From: Eledone cirrhosa
Taxonomy: Eukaryota
NCBI GenBank assembly: GCA_964016885.1
Contig: OZ024742.1
Span: 165,168,001-165,232,000 of the forward strand
Reading direction: 5' to 3'
Length of the DNA: 64,000 nt
The notes beneath the pieces are model-generated. The model was not told the DNA's origin. It did not search any database and saw nothing but the letters and a program-made list of their open reading frames with translations. Below, piece by piece: positions 40,401 to 55,400 of this stretch (position 1 is its first letter; every line of letters begins with the position of its first letter). A program made the translations under genes and the position numbers.

Positions 40401-43400
40401 CTCCTCGGACGACTAGAAATTACCTCTCCTTGGACAGCTGAAAATTATCTCCCCTTGGACGGCTGGAAATTATCTCCCCTTGATTTTTTTTACAAATTAT
40501 CTCCCCCCGATTTTTTTTTACAAATTATCTCCCCCTGATTTTTTTTTACAAATTATCTCCCCCTGATTTTTTTTACAAATTATCTCCCCCTGATATTTTT
40601 TACAAATTATCTCCCCCTGATTTTTTTACAAATTATCTCCCCTTGGCTGGCTGGAAATTATCTCCCCTTGGAGGCTGGAATTTATCTCCCCTTGGACGGC
40701 TAGAAATTACCTCGCCTTGGACGGCTGGAAAATATGTCTCCTTGGACGGCTGGAAATTATCTCCCCTTGGACGGCTGGAAATTATCTCCCCTTGGACGGC
40801 TGGAAATTATCTCCCCTTGGACGGCTAGATATTACCTCCCCTTGGACGGCTGGAAATTATCTCCCCTTGATTTTTTTTACAAATTATCTCCCCCTGATTT
40901 TTTTTTTAAATTATCTCCCCTTGAACGGCTGGAAATTATCTCCCCTTGGACGGCTGGAAATTATCTCCCCTTGGACGGCTAGAAATTACCTCTCCTTGGA
41001 CGGCTGAAAATTATCTCGCCTTGGACGGCTGCAAATTATCTCCCCTTGATTTTTTAACAAATTATCTCCCCCTGATTTTTTTTTACAAATTATCTCCCCC
41101 TGATTTTTTTTTACAAATTATCTACGCCTAATTTTTTTTACAAATTATCTCCCCCTGATTTTTTTTTACAAATTATCTCCCCCTGATTTTTTTTACAAAT
41201 TATCTCCCGCTGATTTTTTTTTACAAATTATTTCCCCCTGATTTTTTTACAAATTATCTCCCCCCTGATTTTTTTTACAATCTCCGCCTGATTTTTTTAA
41301 AAATTATCTTGCCTTGGCTGGCGGGAAATTATCTCCCCTTGGACGGCTGGAAATTATATCCCCTTGGACGGCTGGAAATTACCTCCCCTTGGACAGCTGG
41401 AAATTATCTGCCCTTGATTTTGTTTTTACAAATTATCTCCCCCTGATTTTTTTTACAAATTATCTCCACCTGATTTTTTAAAAAATTATCTCCCCTTGGA
41501 CGGCTGGAAATTATCTCCCCTTGATTTTTTTACAAATTATCTCCCCCTGATTTTTTTTACAAATTATCTCCCCCTGATTTTTTTTTACAAATTATCTCCC
41601 CCTGATTTTTTTACAAATTATCTCCCCCTGATTTTTTTTACAAATTATCTCCGCCTGATTTTTTTAAATATTATCTTCCCTTGGCTGGCGGGAAATTATC
41701 TCCCCTTGGACGGCTGATAATTATCTCCCCTTGGACGGCTGGAAATTATCTCCCCTTGATTTTTTTTACAAATTATCTCCCCCTGATTTTTTTTTACAAA
41801 TTATCTCCCCCTGATTTTTTTTACAAATTATCTCCGCCTGATTTTTTTAAATATTATCTTCCCTTGGCTGGCTGGAAATTATCTCCCCTTGGAGGCTGGA
41901 ATTTATCTCCCCTTGGACGGCTAGAAATTCCCTCTCCTTGGACGGCTGGAAAATATTTCTCCTTGGACGGCTGGATATTATCTACCCTTGGACGGGTGGA
42001 AATTATCTCCCCTTGGACGGCTGGAAATTATCTCCCCTTGGACGGCTAGATATTACCTCCCCTTGGACGACTGGAAATTATCTCCCCTTGATTTTTTTTA
42101 GAAATTATCTCCCCCTGATTTTTTTTTACAAATTATCTCCCCCTGATTTTTTTACAAATTATCTCCCCCTGATTTTTTTTACAAATTATCTCCGCCTGAT
42201 TTTTTTAAATATTATCTTCTCTTGGCTGGCGGGAAATTATCTCCCCTTGGACGGCTGAAAATTATCTCCCCTTGTACGGCTGGAAATTATCTCCCCTTGA
42301 TTTTTTTTACAAATTATCTCCCCCTGATTTTTTTTTAAAAATTATCTCCCCCTGATTTTTTTTTACAAATTATCTCCCCCTGATTTTTTTTTACAAATTA
42401 TCTCCCCTTGGCTGGCTGGAAATTATCTCCCCTTGGACACTGTAAATTATAGCCCCTTGGAGGGCTGGAAATTATCTTACCTTGGACGGCTGGAAATTAT
42501 CTCTGCTTGATTTTTTTTACAAATTATCTCCCCCTGATTTTTTTTTACAAATTATCCCCCCCGATTTTTTTTACAAATTATCTCCCCCTGATTTTTTTTA
42601 CAAATTATCTCCCCTTGGACGGCTGGAAATTATCTCCCCTTGGACGGCTGGAAATTATCTCTCCTTGGACGGCTAGAAATTACCTCTCCTTGGACGACTG
42701 AAAATTATCTCCCCTTGGACGGCTGCAAATTATCTCCCCTTGATTTCTTTTACAAATTATCTCCGCCTGATTTTTTTTTTAAATTATCTCCCCTTGGACG
42801 GCTGGAAATTACCTCCCCTTGGACGGCTGGAAATTATCTCCCCTTGGACGGCTAGAAATTACCTCTCATTGGACGGCTGAAAATTATCTCCCCTTGGACG
42901 GCTGGAAATTATCTCCCCTTGATTTTTTTTACAAATTATCTCCCCCTGATTTTTTTTTTACAAATTATCTCCGCCTGATTTTTTTTTAAAATTATCTCTC
43001 CTTGGACGGCTGGATATTATCTCCCCTTTCATTTTTTTTACAAATTATCTCCCCCTGATTTTTTTTTACGAATTATCTCCCCCTGATTTTTTTTTACAAA
43101 TTATCTACCGCTAATTTTTTTTTACAAATTATCTCCCCCTGATTTTTTTTACAAATTATCTCCCCCTGATTTTTTTTTTACAAATTATCTCCCCCTGATT
43201 TTTTTACAAATTATCTCCCCCTGATTTTTTTTACAAATTATCTCCGCCTGATTTTTTTAAATATTATCTTCTCTTGGCTGGCGGGAAATTATCTCCCCTT
43301 GGACGGCTGAAAATTATCTCCCCTTGGACGGCTGGAAATTATCTCCCCTTGATTTTTTTTACAAATTATCTCCCCCTGATTTTTTTTTACAAATTATCTC

Positions 43401-46400
43401 CCCCTGATTTTTTTTTACAAATTATCTCCCCCTGATTTTTTTTTACAAATTATCTCCCCCTGATTTTTTTTACAAATTATCTCCCCTTGGCTGGCTGGAA
43501 ATTATCTCCCCTTGGAGGCTGGAATTTATCTCCCCTTGGACGGCTAGAAATTACCTCTCCTTGGACGGCTGGAAAATATGTCCTTGGACGGCTGGATATT
43601 ATCTACCCTTGGACGGCTGGAAATTATCTCCCCTTGGACGGCTGGAAATTATCTCCCCTTGGACGGCTAGATATTACCTCCCCTTGGACGGCTGGAAATT
43701 ATCTCCCCTTGATTTTTTTTACAAATTATCTCCCCCTGATTTTTTTTTACAAATTATCTCCCCCTGATTTTTTTTTACAAATTATCTCCGCCTGATTTTT
43801 TTTTACAAATTATCTCCCCCTAATTTTTTTTACAAATTATCTCTCCCTGATCTTTTTTTACAAATTATCTCCCCCTGATTTTTTTTTACCAATTATCTAC
43901 CCCTGATTTTTTTTTACAAATTATCTCCCCCTTATTTTTTTTACAAATTATCTCCCCCTGATTTTTTTTACAAATTATCTCCCCCTGATTTTTTTACAAA
44001 TTATCTCCCCCCGATTTTTTTTACAAATTATATCCGCCTAATTTTTTAAATATTATCTATCCTTGGCTGGCGGGAAATTATCTCCCCTTGGACGGCTGAA
44101 AATTTTCTCCCCTTGGACGGCTGGAAATTATCTCCCCTTGATTTTTTTACAAATTATCTCCCCCTGATTATTTTTTACAAATTATCTCCCCCTGATTTTT
44201 TTTTACAAATTATCTCCCTCTGATTTTTTTTACAAATTATCTCCCCTTGGCTGGCTGGAAATTATCTCCCCTTGGAGGCTGGAATTTATCTCCCCTTGGA
44301 CGGTTAGAAATTACCTCTCCTTGGACTGCTGGAAAATATGTCTCCTTGGACGGCTGGAAATTATCTCCCCTTGGACGGCTGGAAATTATCTCCCCTTGGA
44401 CGGCTGGAAATTATCTCTCCTCGGACGACTAGAAATTACCTCTCCTTGGACAGCTGAAAATTATCTCCCCTTGGACGGCTGGAAATTATCTCCCCTTGAT
44501 TTTTTTTACAAATTATCTCCCCCTGATTTATTTTACAAATTATCTCCCCCTGATTTTTTTTTACAAATTATCTCCCCCTGATTTTTTTTACAAATTATCT
44601 CCCCCTGATATTTTTTACAAATTATCTCCCCCTGATTTTTTTACAAATTATCTCCCCTTGGCTGGCTGGAAATTATCTACCCTTGGAGGCTGGAATTTAT
44701 CTCCCCTTGGACGGCTAGAAATTACCTCGCCTTGGACGGCTGGAAAATATGTCTCCTTGGACGGCTGGAAATTATCTCCCCTTGGACGGCTGGAAATTAT
44801 CTCCCCTTGGACGGCTGGAAATTATCTCCCCTTGGACGGCTAGATATTACCTCCCCTTGGACGGCTGGAAATTATCTCCCCTTGATTTTTTTTACAAATT
44901 ATCTCCCCCTGATTTTTTTTTACAAATTATCTCCCCCTGATTTTTTTTTACGAAGTATCTCCCCCTGATTTTTTTTTACAAATTATCTCCGCCTGATTTT
45001 TTTTTAAAAATTATCTCCCCTTGAACGGCTGGAAATTATCTCCCCTTGGACGGCTGGAAATTATCTCCCCTTGGACGGCTAGAAATTACCTCTCCTTGGA
45101 CGGCTGAAAATTATCTCCCATTGGACGGCTGCAAATTATCTCCCCTTGATTTTTTAACAAATTATCTCCCCCTGATTTTTTTTTACAAATTATCTCCCCC
45201 TGATTTTTTTTTACAAATTATCTACGCCTAATTTTTTTTACAAATTATCTCCCCCTGATTTTTTTTTACAAATTATCTCCCCCTGATTTTTTTTACAAAT
45301 TATCTCCCCCTGATTTTTTTTTACAAATTATTTCCCCCTGATTTTTTTACAAATTATCTCCCCCCTGATTTTTTTTACAATCTCCGCCTGATTTTTTTAA
45401 AAATTATCTTCCCTTGGCTGGCGGGAAATTATCTCCCCTTGGACGGCTGGAAATTATATCCCCTTGGAAGGATGGAAATTATCTCCCCTTGGACGGCTGG
45501 AAATTATCTCCCCTTGGACGGCTGGAAATTATCTCCCCTTGGACAGCTGGAAATTATCTGTCCTTGATTTTGTTTTTACAAATTATCTCCCCCTGATTTT
45601 TTTTACAAATTATCTCCACCTGATTTTTTAAAAAATTATCTCCCCTTGGACGGCTGGAAATTATCTCCCCTTGATTTTTTTTACAAATTATCTCCCCCTG
45701 ATTTTTTTTTACAAATTATCTCCCCCTGATTTTTTTTTACAAATTATCTCCCCCTGATTTTTTTTTACAAATTATCTCACCCTGATTTTTTTTACAAATT
45801 ATCTCTCCCTGATTTTTTTACAAATTATCTCCCCTTGGCTGGCTGGAAATTATCTCCCCTTGGAGGCTGGAATTTATCTCCCCTTGGACGGCTAGAAATT
45901 ACCTCTCCTTGGACGGCTGGAAAATATGTCTCCTTGGACGGCTGGATATTATCTACCCTTGGACGGCTGGAAATTATCTCCCCTTGGACGGCTGGAAATT
46001 ATCTCCTCTTGGACGGCTAGATATTACCTCCCCTTGGACGGCTGGAAATTATCTCCCCTTGATTTTTTTACAAATTATCTCCCCCTGATTTTTTTACAAA
46101 TTATCTCCCCCTGATTTTTTTTACAAATTATCTCCGCCTAATTTTTTTAAATATTATCTTCCCTTGGCTGGCGGGAAATTATCTCCCCTTGGACGGCTGA
46201 AAATTATCTCCCCTTGGACGGCTGGAAATTATCTCCCCTTGATTTTTTTTACAAATTATCTCCCCCTGATTTTTTTTTACAAATTATCTCCCCCTGATTT
46301 TTTTTACAAATTATCTCCCCCTGATTTTTTTACAAATTATCTCCCCTTGGCTGGCTGGAAATTATCTCCCCTTGGAGGCTGGAATTTATCTCCCCTTGGA

Positions 46401-49400
46401 CGGCTAGAAATTACCTCTCCTTGGAAGGCTGGAAAATATGTCCTTGGACGGCTGGATATTATCTACCCTTGGACGGCTGGAAATTATCTCCCCTTGGACG
46501 GCTGGAAATTATCTCCCCTTGGACGGCTAGATATTACCTGTCCTTGGACGGCTGAAAATTATCTCCCCTTGGACGGCTGGAAATTATCTCCCCTTGATTT
46601 TTTTTTACAAATTATCTCCCCCTGATTATTTTTTACAAATTATCCCCTGATTTTTTTTTTACAAATTATCTCCCCCTGATTTTTTTTACAAATTATCTCC
46701 CCCTGATTTTTTTACAAATTATCTCCCCTTGGCTGGCTGGAAATTATCTCCCATTGGAGGCTGGAATTTATCTCCCCTTGGACGGTTAGAAATTACCTCC
46801 CCTTGGACGGCTGGAAAATATGTCTCCTTGGACGGCTGGAAATTATCGCGCCTTGGACGGCTGGAAATTATCTCCCCTTGGACGGCTGGAAATTATCTCT
46901 CATCGGACGGCTAGAAATTACCTCTCCTTGGACAGCTGAAAATTATCTCCCCTTGGACGGCTGGAAATTATCTCCCCTTGATTTTTTTTACAAATTATCT
47001 CCCCCTGATTTTTTTTTACAAATTATCTCCCCCTGATTTTTTTTTACAAATTATCTCCCCCTGATTTTTTTTTACAAATTATCTCCCCCTGATATTTTTT
47101 ACAAATTATCTCCCCCTGATTTTTTTACAAATTATCTCCCCTTGGCTGGCTGGAAATTATCTCCCCTTGGAGGCTGGAATTTATCTCCCCTTGGACGGCT
47201 AGAAATTACCTCGCCTTGGACGGCTGGAAAATATGTCTCCTTGGACGGCTGGAAATTATCTCCCCTTGGACGGCTGGAAATTATCTCCCCTTGGACAGCT
47301 GGAAATTATCTCCCCTTGGACGGCTAGATATTACCTCCCCTTGGACGGCTGGAAATTATCTCCCCTTGATTTTTTTTACAAATTATCTCCCCCTGATTTT
47401 TTTTTACAAATTATCTCCCCCTGATTTTTTTTACGAATTATCTCCCCCCGATTTTTTTTTACAAATTATCTCCGCCTGATTTTTTTTTAAAAATTATCTC
47501 CCCTTGAACGGCTGGAAATTATCTCCCCTTGGACGGCTGGAAATTATCTCCCCTTGGACGGCTAGAAATTACCTCTCCTTGGACGGCTGAAAATTATCTC
47601 CCCTTGGACGGCTGCAAATTATCTCCCCTTGATTTTTTAACAAATTATCTCCCCCTGATTTTTTTTTACAAATTATCTCCCCCTGATTTTTTTTTACAAA
47701 TTATCTCCCCCTGATTTTTTTTTACAAATTATCTCCCCCTGATTTTTTTACAAATTATCTCCCCCTGATTTTTTTTACAATCTCCGCCTGATTTTTTAAA
47801 AAATTATCTTCCCTTGGCTGGCGGGAAATTATCTCCCCTTGGACGGCTGGAAATTATCTCCCCTTGGACGGCTGGAAATTATCTCCCCTTGGACAGCTGG
47901 AAATTATCTGCCCTTGATTTTGTTTTTACAAATTATCTCCCCCTGATTTTTTTTACAAATTATCTCCACCTGATTTTTTAAAAAATTATCTCCCCTTGGA
48001 CGGCTGGAAATTATCTCCCCTTGGACAGCTGGAAATTATCTCCCCTTGATTTTTTTACAAATTATCTCCCCCTGATTTTTTTTACAAATTATCTCCCCCT
48101 GATTTTATGTTACAAATTATCTCCCCCTGATTTTTTTACAAATTATCTCCCCCTGATTTTTTTTACAAATTATCTCCGCCTGATTTTTTTAAATATTATC
48201 TTCCCTTGGCTGGCGGGAAATTATCTCCCCTTGGACGGCTGGAAATTATCTCCCCTTGATTTTTTTTACAAATTATCTCCCCCTGATTTTTTTTTACAAA
48301 TTATCTCCCCCTGATTTTTTTTTACAAATTATCTCCCCCTGATTTTTTTTTACAAATTATCTCCCCCTGATTTTTTTTTACAAATCTCCCCCTGATTTTT
48401 TTATAAATTATCTCCCCTTGGCTGGCTGGAAATTATCTCCCCTTGGAGGCTGGAATTTATCTCCCCTTGGACGGCTAGAAATTACCTCTCCTTGGATGGC
48501 TGGAAAATATGTCTCCTTGGACGGCTGGATATTATCTACCCTTGGACGGCTGGAAATTATCTCCCCTTGGACGGCTGGAAATTATCTCCCCTTGGACGGC
48601 TAGATATTACCTCCCATTGGACGGCTGGAAATTATCTCCCCTTGATTTTTTTTACAAATTATCTCCCCCTGATTTTTTTTTACGAATTATCTCCCCCTGA
48701 TTTTTTTTTACAAATTATCTCCGCCTGATTTTTTTTTTAAAATTATCTCCCCTTGAACGGCTGGAAATTATCTCCCCTTGGACGGCTGGAAATTATCTCC
48801 CCTTGGACGGCTAGAAATTACCTCTCCTTGGACGGCTGAAAATTATCTCCCCTTGGACGGCTGCAAATTATCTCCCCTTGATTTTTTTAACAAATTATCT
48901 CCCCCTGATTTTTTTTTACAAATTATCTCCCCCTGATTTTTTTTTACAAATTATCTACCCCTGATTTTTTTTTACAAATTATCTCCCCCTGATTTTTTTT
49001 ACAAATTATCTCCCCCTGATTTTTTTTACAAATTATCTCCCCCTGATTTTTTTACAAATTATCTCCCCCCCTGATTTTTTTTACAATCTCCGCCTGATTT
49101 TTTTAAAAATTATCTTCCCTTGGCTGGCGGGAAATTATCTCCCCTTGGACGGCTGGAAATTATATCCCCTTGGAAGGATGGAAATTATCTCCCCTTGGAC
49201 GGCTGGAAATTATCTCCCCTTGGACGGCTGGAAATTACCTCCCCTTGGACAGCTGGAAATTATCTGCCCTTGATTTTGTTTTTACAAATTATCTCCCCCT
49301 GATTTTTTTTACAAATTATCTCCACCTGATTTTTTAAAAAATTATCTCCCCTTGGACGGCTGGAAATTATCTCCCCTTGGAAGGATGGAAATTATCTCCC

Positions 49401-52400
49401 CTTGGACGGCTGGAAATTATCTCCCCTTGGACGGCTGGAAATTATCTCCCCTTGGACAGCTGGAAATTATCTGCCCTTGATTTTGTTTTTACAAATTATC
49501 TCCCCCTGATTTTTTTTACAAATTATCTCCACCTGATTTTTTAAAAAATTATCTCCCCTTGGACGGCTGGAAATTATCTCCCCTTGATTTTTTTTACAAA
49601 TTATCTCCCCCTGATTATTTTTTACAAATTATCCCCTGATTTTTTTTTTACAAATTATCTCCCCCTGATTTTTTTTACAAATTATCTCCCCCTGATTTTT
49701 TTACAAATAATCTCCCCTTGGCTGGCTGGAAATTATCTCCCATTGGAGGCTGGAATTTATCTCCCCTTGGACGGTTAGAAATTACCTCCCCTTGGACGGC
49801 TGGAAAATATGTCTCCTTGGACGGCTGGAAATTATCGCCCCTTGGACGGCTGGAAATTATCTCCCCTTGGACGGCTGGAAATTATCTCTCATCGGACGGC
49901 TAGAAATTACCTCTCCTTGGACAGCTGAAAATTATCTCCCCTTGGACGGCTGGAAATTATCTCCCCTTGATTTTTTTTACAAATTATCTCCCCCTGATTT
50001 TTTTTTACAAATTATCTCCCCCTGATTTTTTTTTACAAATTATCTCCCCCTGATTTTTTTTTACAAATTATCTCCCCCTGATATTTTTTACAAATTATCT
50101 CCCCCTGATTTTTTTACAAATTATCTCCCCTTGGCTGGCTGGAAATTATCTCCCCTTGGAGGCTGGAATTTATCTCCCCTTGGACGGCTAGAAATTACCT
50201 CGCCTTGGACGGCTGGAAAATATGTCTCCTTGGACGGCTGGAAATTATCTCCCCTTGGACGGCTGGAAATTATCTCCCCTTGGACAGCTGGAAATTATCT
50301 CCCCTTGGACGGCTAGATATTACCTCCCCTTGGACGGCTGGAAATTATCTCCCCTTGATTTTTTTTACAAATTATCTCCCCCTGATTTTTTTTTACAAAT
50401 TATCTCCCCCTGATTTTTTTTTACGAATTATCTCCCCCCGATTTTTTTTTACAAATTATCTCCGGCTGATTTTTTTTTAAAAATTATCTCCCCTTGAACG
50501 GCTGGAAATTATCTCCCCTTGGACGGCTGGAAATTATCTCCCCTTGGACGGCTAGAAATTACCTCTCCTTGGACGGCTGAAAATTATCTCCCCTTGGACG
50601 GCTGCAAATTATCTCCCCTTGATTTTTTAACAAATTATCTCCCCCTGATTTTTTTTTACAAATTATCTCCCCCTGATTTTTTTTTACAAATTATCTCCCC
50701 CTGATTTTTTTTACAATCTCCGCCTGATTTTTTAAAAAATTATCTTCCCTTGGCTGGCGGGAAATTATCTCCCCTTGGACGGCTGGAAATTATCTCCCCT
50801 TGGACGGCTGGAAATTATCTCCCCTTGGACAGCTGGAAATTATCTGCCCTTGATTTTGTTTTTACAAATTATCTCCCCCTGATTTTTTTTACAAATTATC
50901 TCCACCTGATTTTTTAAAAAATTATCTCCCCTTGGACGGCTGGAAATTATCTCCCCTTGATTTTTTTACAAATTATCTCCCCCTGAATTTTTTTACAAAT
51001 TATCTCCCCCTGATTTTATGTTACAAATTATCTCCCCCTGATTTTTTTACAAATTATCTCCCCCTGATTTTTTTTACAAATTATCTCCGCCTGATTTTTT
51101 TAAATATTATCTTCCCTTGGCTGGCGGGAAATTATCTCCCCTTGGACGGCTGGAAATTATCTCCCCTTGATTTTTTTTACAAATTATCTCCCCCTGATTT
51201 TTTTTTACAAATTATCTCCCCCTGATTTTTTTTTACAAATTATCTCCCCCTGATTTTTTTTTACAAATTATCTCCCCCTGATTTTTTTTTACAAATCTCC
51301 CCCTGATTTTTTTATAAATTATCTCCCCTTGGCTGGCTGGAAATTATCTCCCCTTGGAGGCTGGAATTTATCTCCCCTTGGACGGCTAGAAATTACCTCT
51401 CCTTGGATGGCTGGAAAATATGTCTCCTTGGACGGCTGGATATTATCTACCCTTGGACGGCTGGAAATTATCTCCCCTTGGACGGCTGGAAATTATCTCC
51501 CCTTGGACGGCTAGATATTACCTCCCATTGGACGGCTGGAAATTATCTCCCCTTGATTTTTTTTACAAATTATCTCCCCCTGATTTTTTTTTACGAATTA
51601 TCTCCCCCTGATTTTTTTTTACAAATTATCTCCGCCTGATTTTTTTTTTAAAATTATCTCCCCTTGAACGGCTGGAAATTATCTCCCCTTGGACGGCTGG
51701 AAATTATCTCCCCTTGGACGGCTAGAAATTACCTCTCCTTGGACGGCTGAAAATTATCTCCCCTTGGACGGCTGCAAATTATCTCCCCTTGATTTTTTTA
51801 ACAAATTATCTCCCCCTGATTTTTTTTTACAAATTATCTCCCCCTGATTTTTTTTACAAATTATCTACGCCTAATTTTTTTTACAAATTATCTCCCCCTG
51901 ATTTTTTTTTACAAATTATCTCCCCCTGATTTTTTTTACAAATTATCTCCCCTTGGCTGGCTGGAAATTATCTCCCCTTGGAGGCTGGAATTTATCTCCC
52001 CTTGGACGGTTAGAAATTACCTCTCCTTGGACTGCTGGAAAATATGTCTCCTTGGACGGCTGGAAATTATCTCCCCTTGGACGGCTGGAAATTATCTCCC
52101 CTTGGACGGCTGGAAATTATCTCTCCTCGGACGACTAGAAATTACCTCTCCTTGGACAGCTGAAAATTATCTCCCCTTGGACGGCTGGAAATTATCTCCC
52201 CTTGATTTTTTTTACAAATTATCTCCCCCTGATTTATTTTACAAATTATCTCCCCCTGATTTTTTTTTACAAATTATCTCCCCCTGATTTTTTTTACAAA
52301 TTATCTCCCCCTGATATTTTTTACAAATTATCTCCCCCTGATTTTTTTACAAATTATCTCCCCTTGGCTGGCTGGAAATTATCTACCCTTGGAGGCTGGA

Positions 52401-55400
52401 ATTTATCTCCCCTTGGACGGCTAGAAATTACCTCGCCTTGGACGGCTGGAAAATATGTCTCCTTGGACGGCTGGAAATTATCTCCCCTTGGACGGCTGGA
52501 AATTATCTCCCCTTGGACGGCTGGAAATTATCTCCCCTTGGACGGCTAGATATTACCTCCCCTTGGACGGCTGGAAATTATCTCCCCTTGATTTTTTTTA
52601 CAAATTATCTCCCCCTGATTTTTTTTTATAAATTATCTCCCCCTGATTTTTTTTTACGAAGTATCTCCCCCTGATTTTTTTTTACAAATTATCTCCGCCT
52701 GATTTTTTTTTAAAAATTATCTCCCCTTGAACGGCTGGAAATTATCTCCCCTTGGACGGCTGGAAATTATCTCCCCTTGGACGGCTAGAAATTACCTCTC
52801 CTTGGACGGCTGAAAATTATCTCCCATTGGACGGCTGCAAATTATCTCCCCTTGATTTTTTAACAAATTATCTCCCCCTGATTTTTTTTTACAAATTATC
52901 TCCCCCTGATTTTTTTTTACAAATTATCTACGCCTAATTTTTTTTACAAATTATCTCCCCCTGATTTTTTTTTACAAATTATCTCCCCCTGATTTTTTTT
53001 ACAAATTATCTCCCCCTGATTTTTTTTTACAAATTATTTCCCCCTGATTTTTTTACAAATTATCTCCCCCCTGATTTTTTTTACAATCTCCGCCTGATTT
53101 TTTTAAAAATTATCTTCCCTTGGCTGGCGGGAAATTATCTCCCCTTGGACGGCTGGAAATTATATCCCCTTGGAAGGATGGAAATTATCTCCCCTTGGAC
53201 GGCTGGAAATTATCTCCCCTTGGACGGCTGGAAATTATCTCCCCTTGGACAGCTGGAAATTATCTGTCCTTGATTTTGTTTTTACAAATTATCTCCCCCT
53301 GATTTTTTTTACAAATTATCTCCACCTGATTTTTTAAAAAATTATCTCCCCTTGGACGGCTGGAAATTATCTCCCCTTGATTTTTTTTACAAATTATCTC
53401 CCCCTGATTTTTTTTTACAAATTATCTCCCCCTGATTTTTTTTTACAAATTATCTCCCCCTGATTTTTTTTTACAAATTATCTCACCCTGATTTTTTTTA
53501 CAAATTATCTCTCCCTGATTTTTTTACAAATTATCTCCCCTTGGCTGGCTGGAAATTATCTCCCCTTGGAGGCTGGAATTTATCTCCCCTTGGACGGCTA
53601 GAAATTACCTCTCCTTGGACGGCTGGAAAATATGTCTCCTTGGACGGCTGGATATTATCTACCCTTGGACGGCTGGAAATTATCTCCCCTTGGACGGCTG
53701 GAAATTATCTCCTCTTGGACGGCTAGATATTACCTCCCCTTGGACGGCTGGAAATTATCTCCCCTTGATTTTTTTACAAATTATCTCCCCCTGATTTTTT
53801 TACAAATTATCTCCCCCTGATTTTTTTTACAAATTATCTCCGCCTAATTTTTTTAAATATTATCTTCCCTTGGCTGGCGGGAAATTATCTCCCCTTGGAC
53901 GGCTGAAAATTATCTCCCCTTGGACGGCTGGAAATTATCTCCCCTTGATTTTTTTTACAAATTATCTCCCCCTGATTTTTTTTTACAAATTATCTCCCCC
54001 TGATTTTTTTTACAAATTATCTCCCCCTGATTTTTTTACAAATTATCTCCCCTTGGCTGGCTGGAAATTATCTCCCCTTGGAGGCTGGAATTTATCTCCC
54101 CTTGGACGGCTAGAAATTACCTCTCCTTGGAAGGCTGGAAAATATGTCCTTGGACGGCTGGATATTATCTACCCTTGGACGGCTGGAAATTATCTCCCCT
54201 TGGACGGCTGGAAATTATCTCCCCTTGGACGGCTAGATATTACCTCCCCTTGGACGGCTGAAAATTATCTCCCCTTGGACGGCTGGAAATTATCTCCCCT
54301 TGATTTTTTTTACAAATTATCTCCCCCTGATTATTTTTTACAAATTATCCCCTGATTTTTTTTTTACAAATTATCTCCCCCTGATTTTTTTTACAAATTA
54401 TCTCCCCCTGATTTTTTTACAAATTATCTCCCCTTGGCTGGCTGGAAATTATCTCCCATTGGAGGCTGGAATTTATCTCCCCTTGTACGGTTAGAAATTA
54501 CCTCCCCTTGGACGGCTGGAAAATATGTCTCCTTGGACGGCTGGAAATTATCGCCCCTTGGATGGCTGGAAATTATCTCCCCTTGGACGGCTGGAAATTA
54601 TCTCTCATCGGACGGCTAGAAATTACCTCTCCTTGGACAGCTGAAAATTATCTCCCCTTGGACGGCTGGAAATTATCTCCCCTTGATTTTTTTTACAAAT
54701 TATCTCCCCCTGATTTTTTTTTACAAATTATCTCCCCCTGATTTTTTTTTACAAATTATCTCCCCCTGATTTTTTTTTACAAATTATCTCCCCCTGATAT
54801 TTTTTACAAATTATCTCCCCCTGATTTTTTTACAAATTATCTCCCCTTGGCTGGCTGGAAATTATCTCCCCTTGGAGGCTGGAATTTATCTCCCCTTGGA
54901 CGGCTAGAAATTACCTCGCCTTGGACGGCTGGAAAATATGTCTCCTTGGACGGCTGGAAATTATCTCCCCTTGGACGGCTGGAAATTATCTCCCCTTGGA
55001 CAGCTGGAAATTATCTCCCCTTGGACGGCTAGATATTACCTCCCCTTGGACGGCTGGAAATTATCTCCCCTTGATTTTTTTTACAAATTATCTCCCCCTG
55101 ATTTTTTTTTACAAATTATCTCCCCCTGATTTTTTTTTACGAATTATCTCCCCCCGATTTTTTTTTACAAATTATCTCCGCCTGATTTTTTTTTAAAAAT
55201 TATCTCCCCTTGAACGGCTGGAAATTATCTCCCCTTGGACGGCTGGAAATTATCTCCCCTTGGACGGCTAGAAATTACCTCTCCTTGGACGGCTGAAAAT
55301 TATCTCCCCTTGGACGGCTGCAAATTATCTCCCCTTGATTTTTTAACAAATTATCTCCCCCTGATTTTTTTTTACAAATTATCTCCCCCTGATTTTTTTT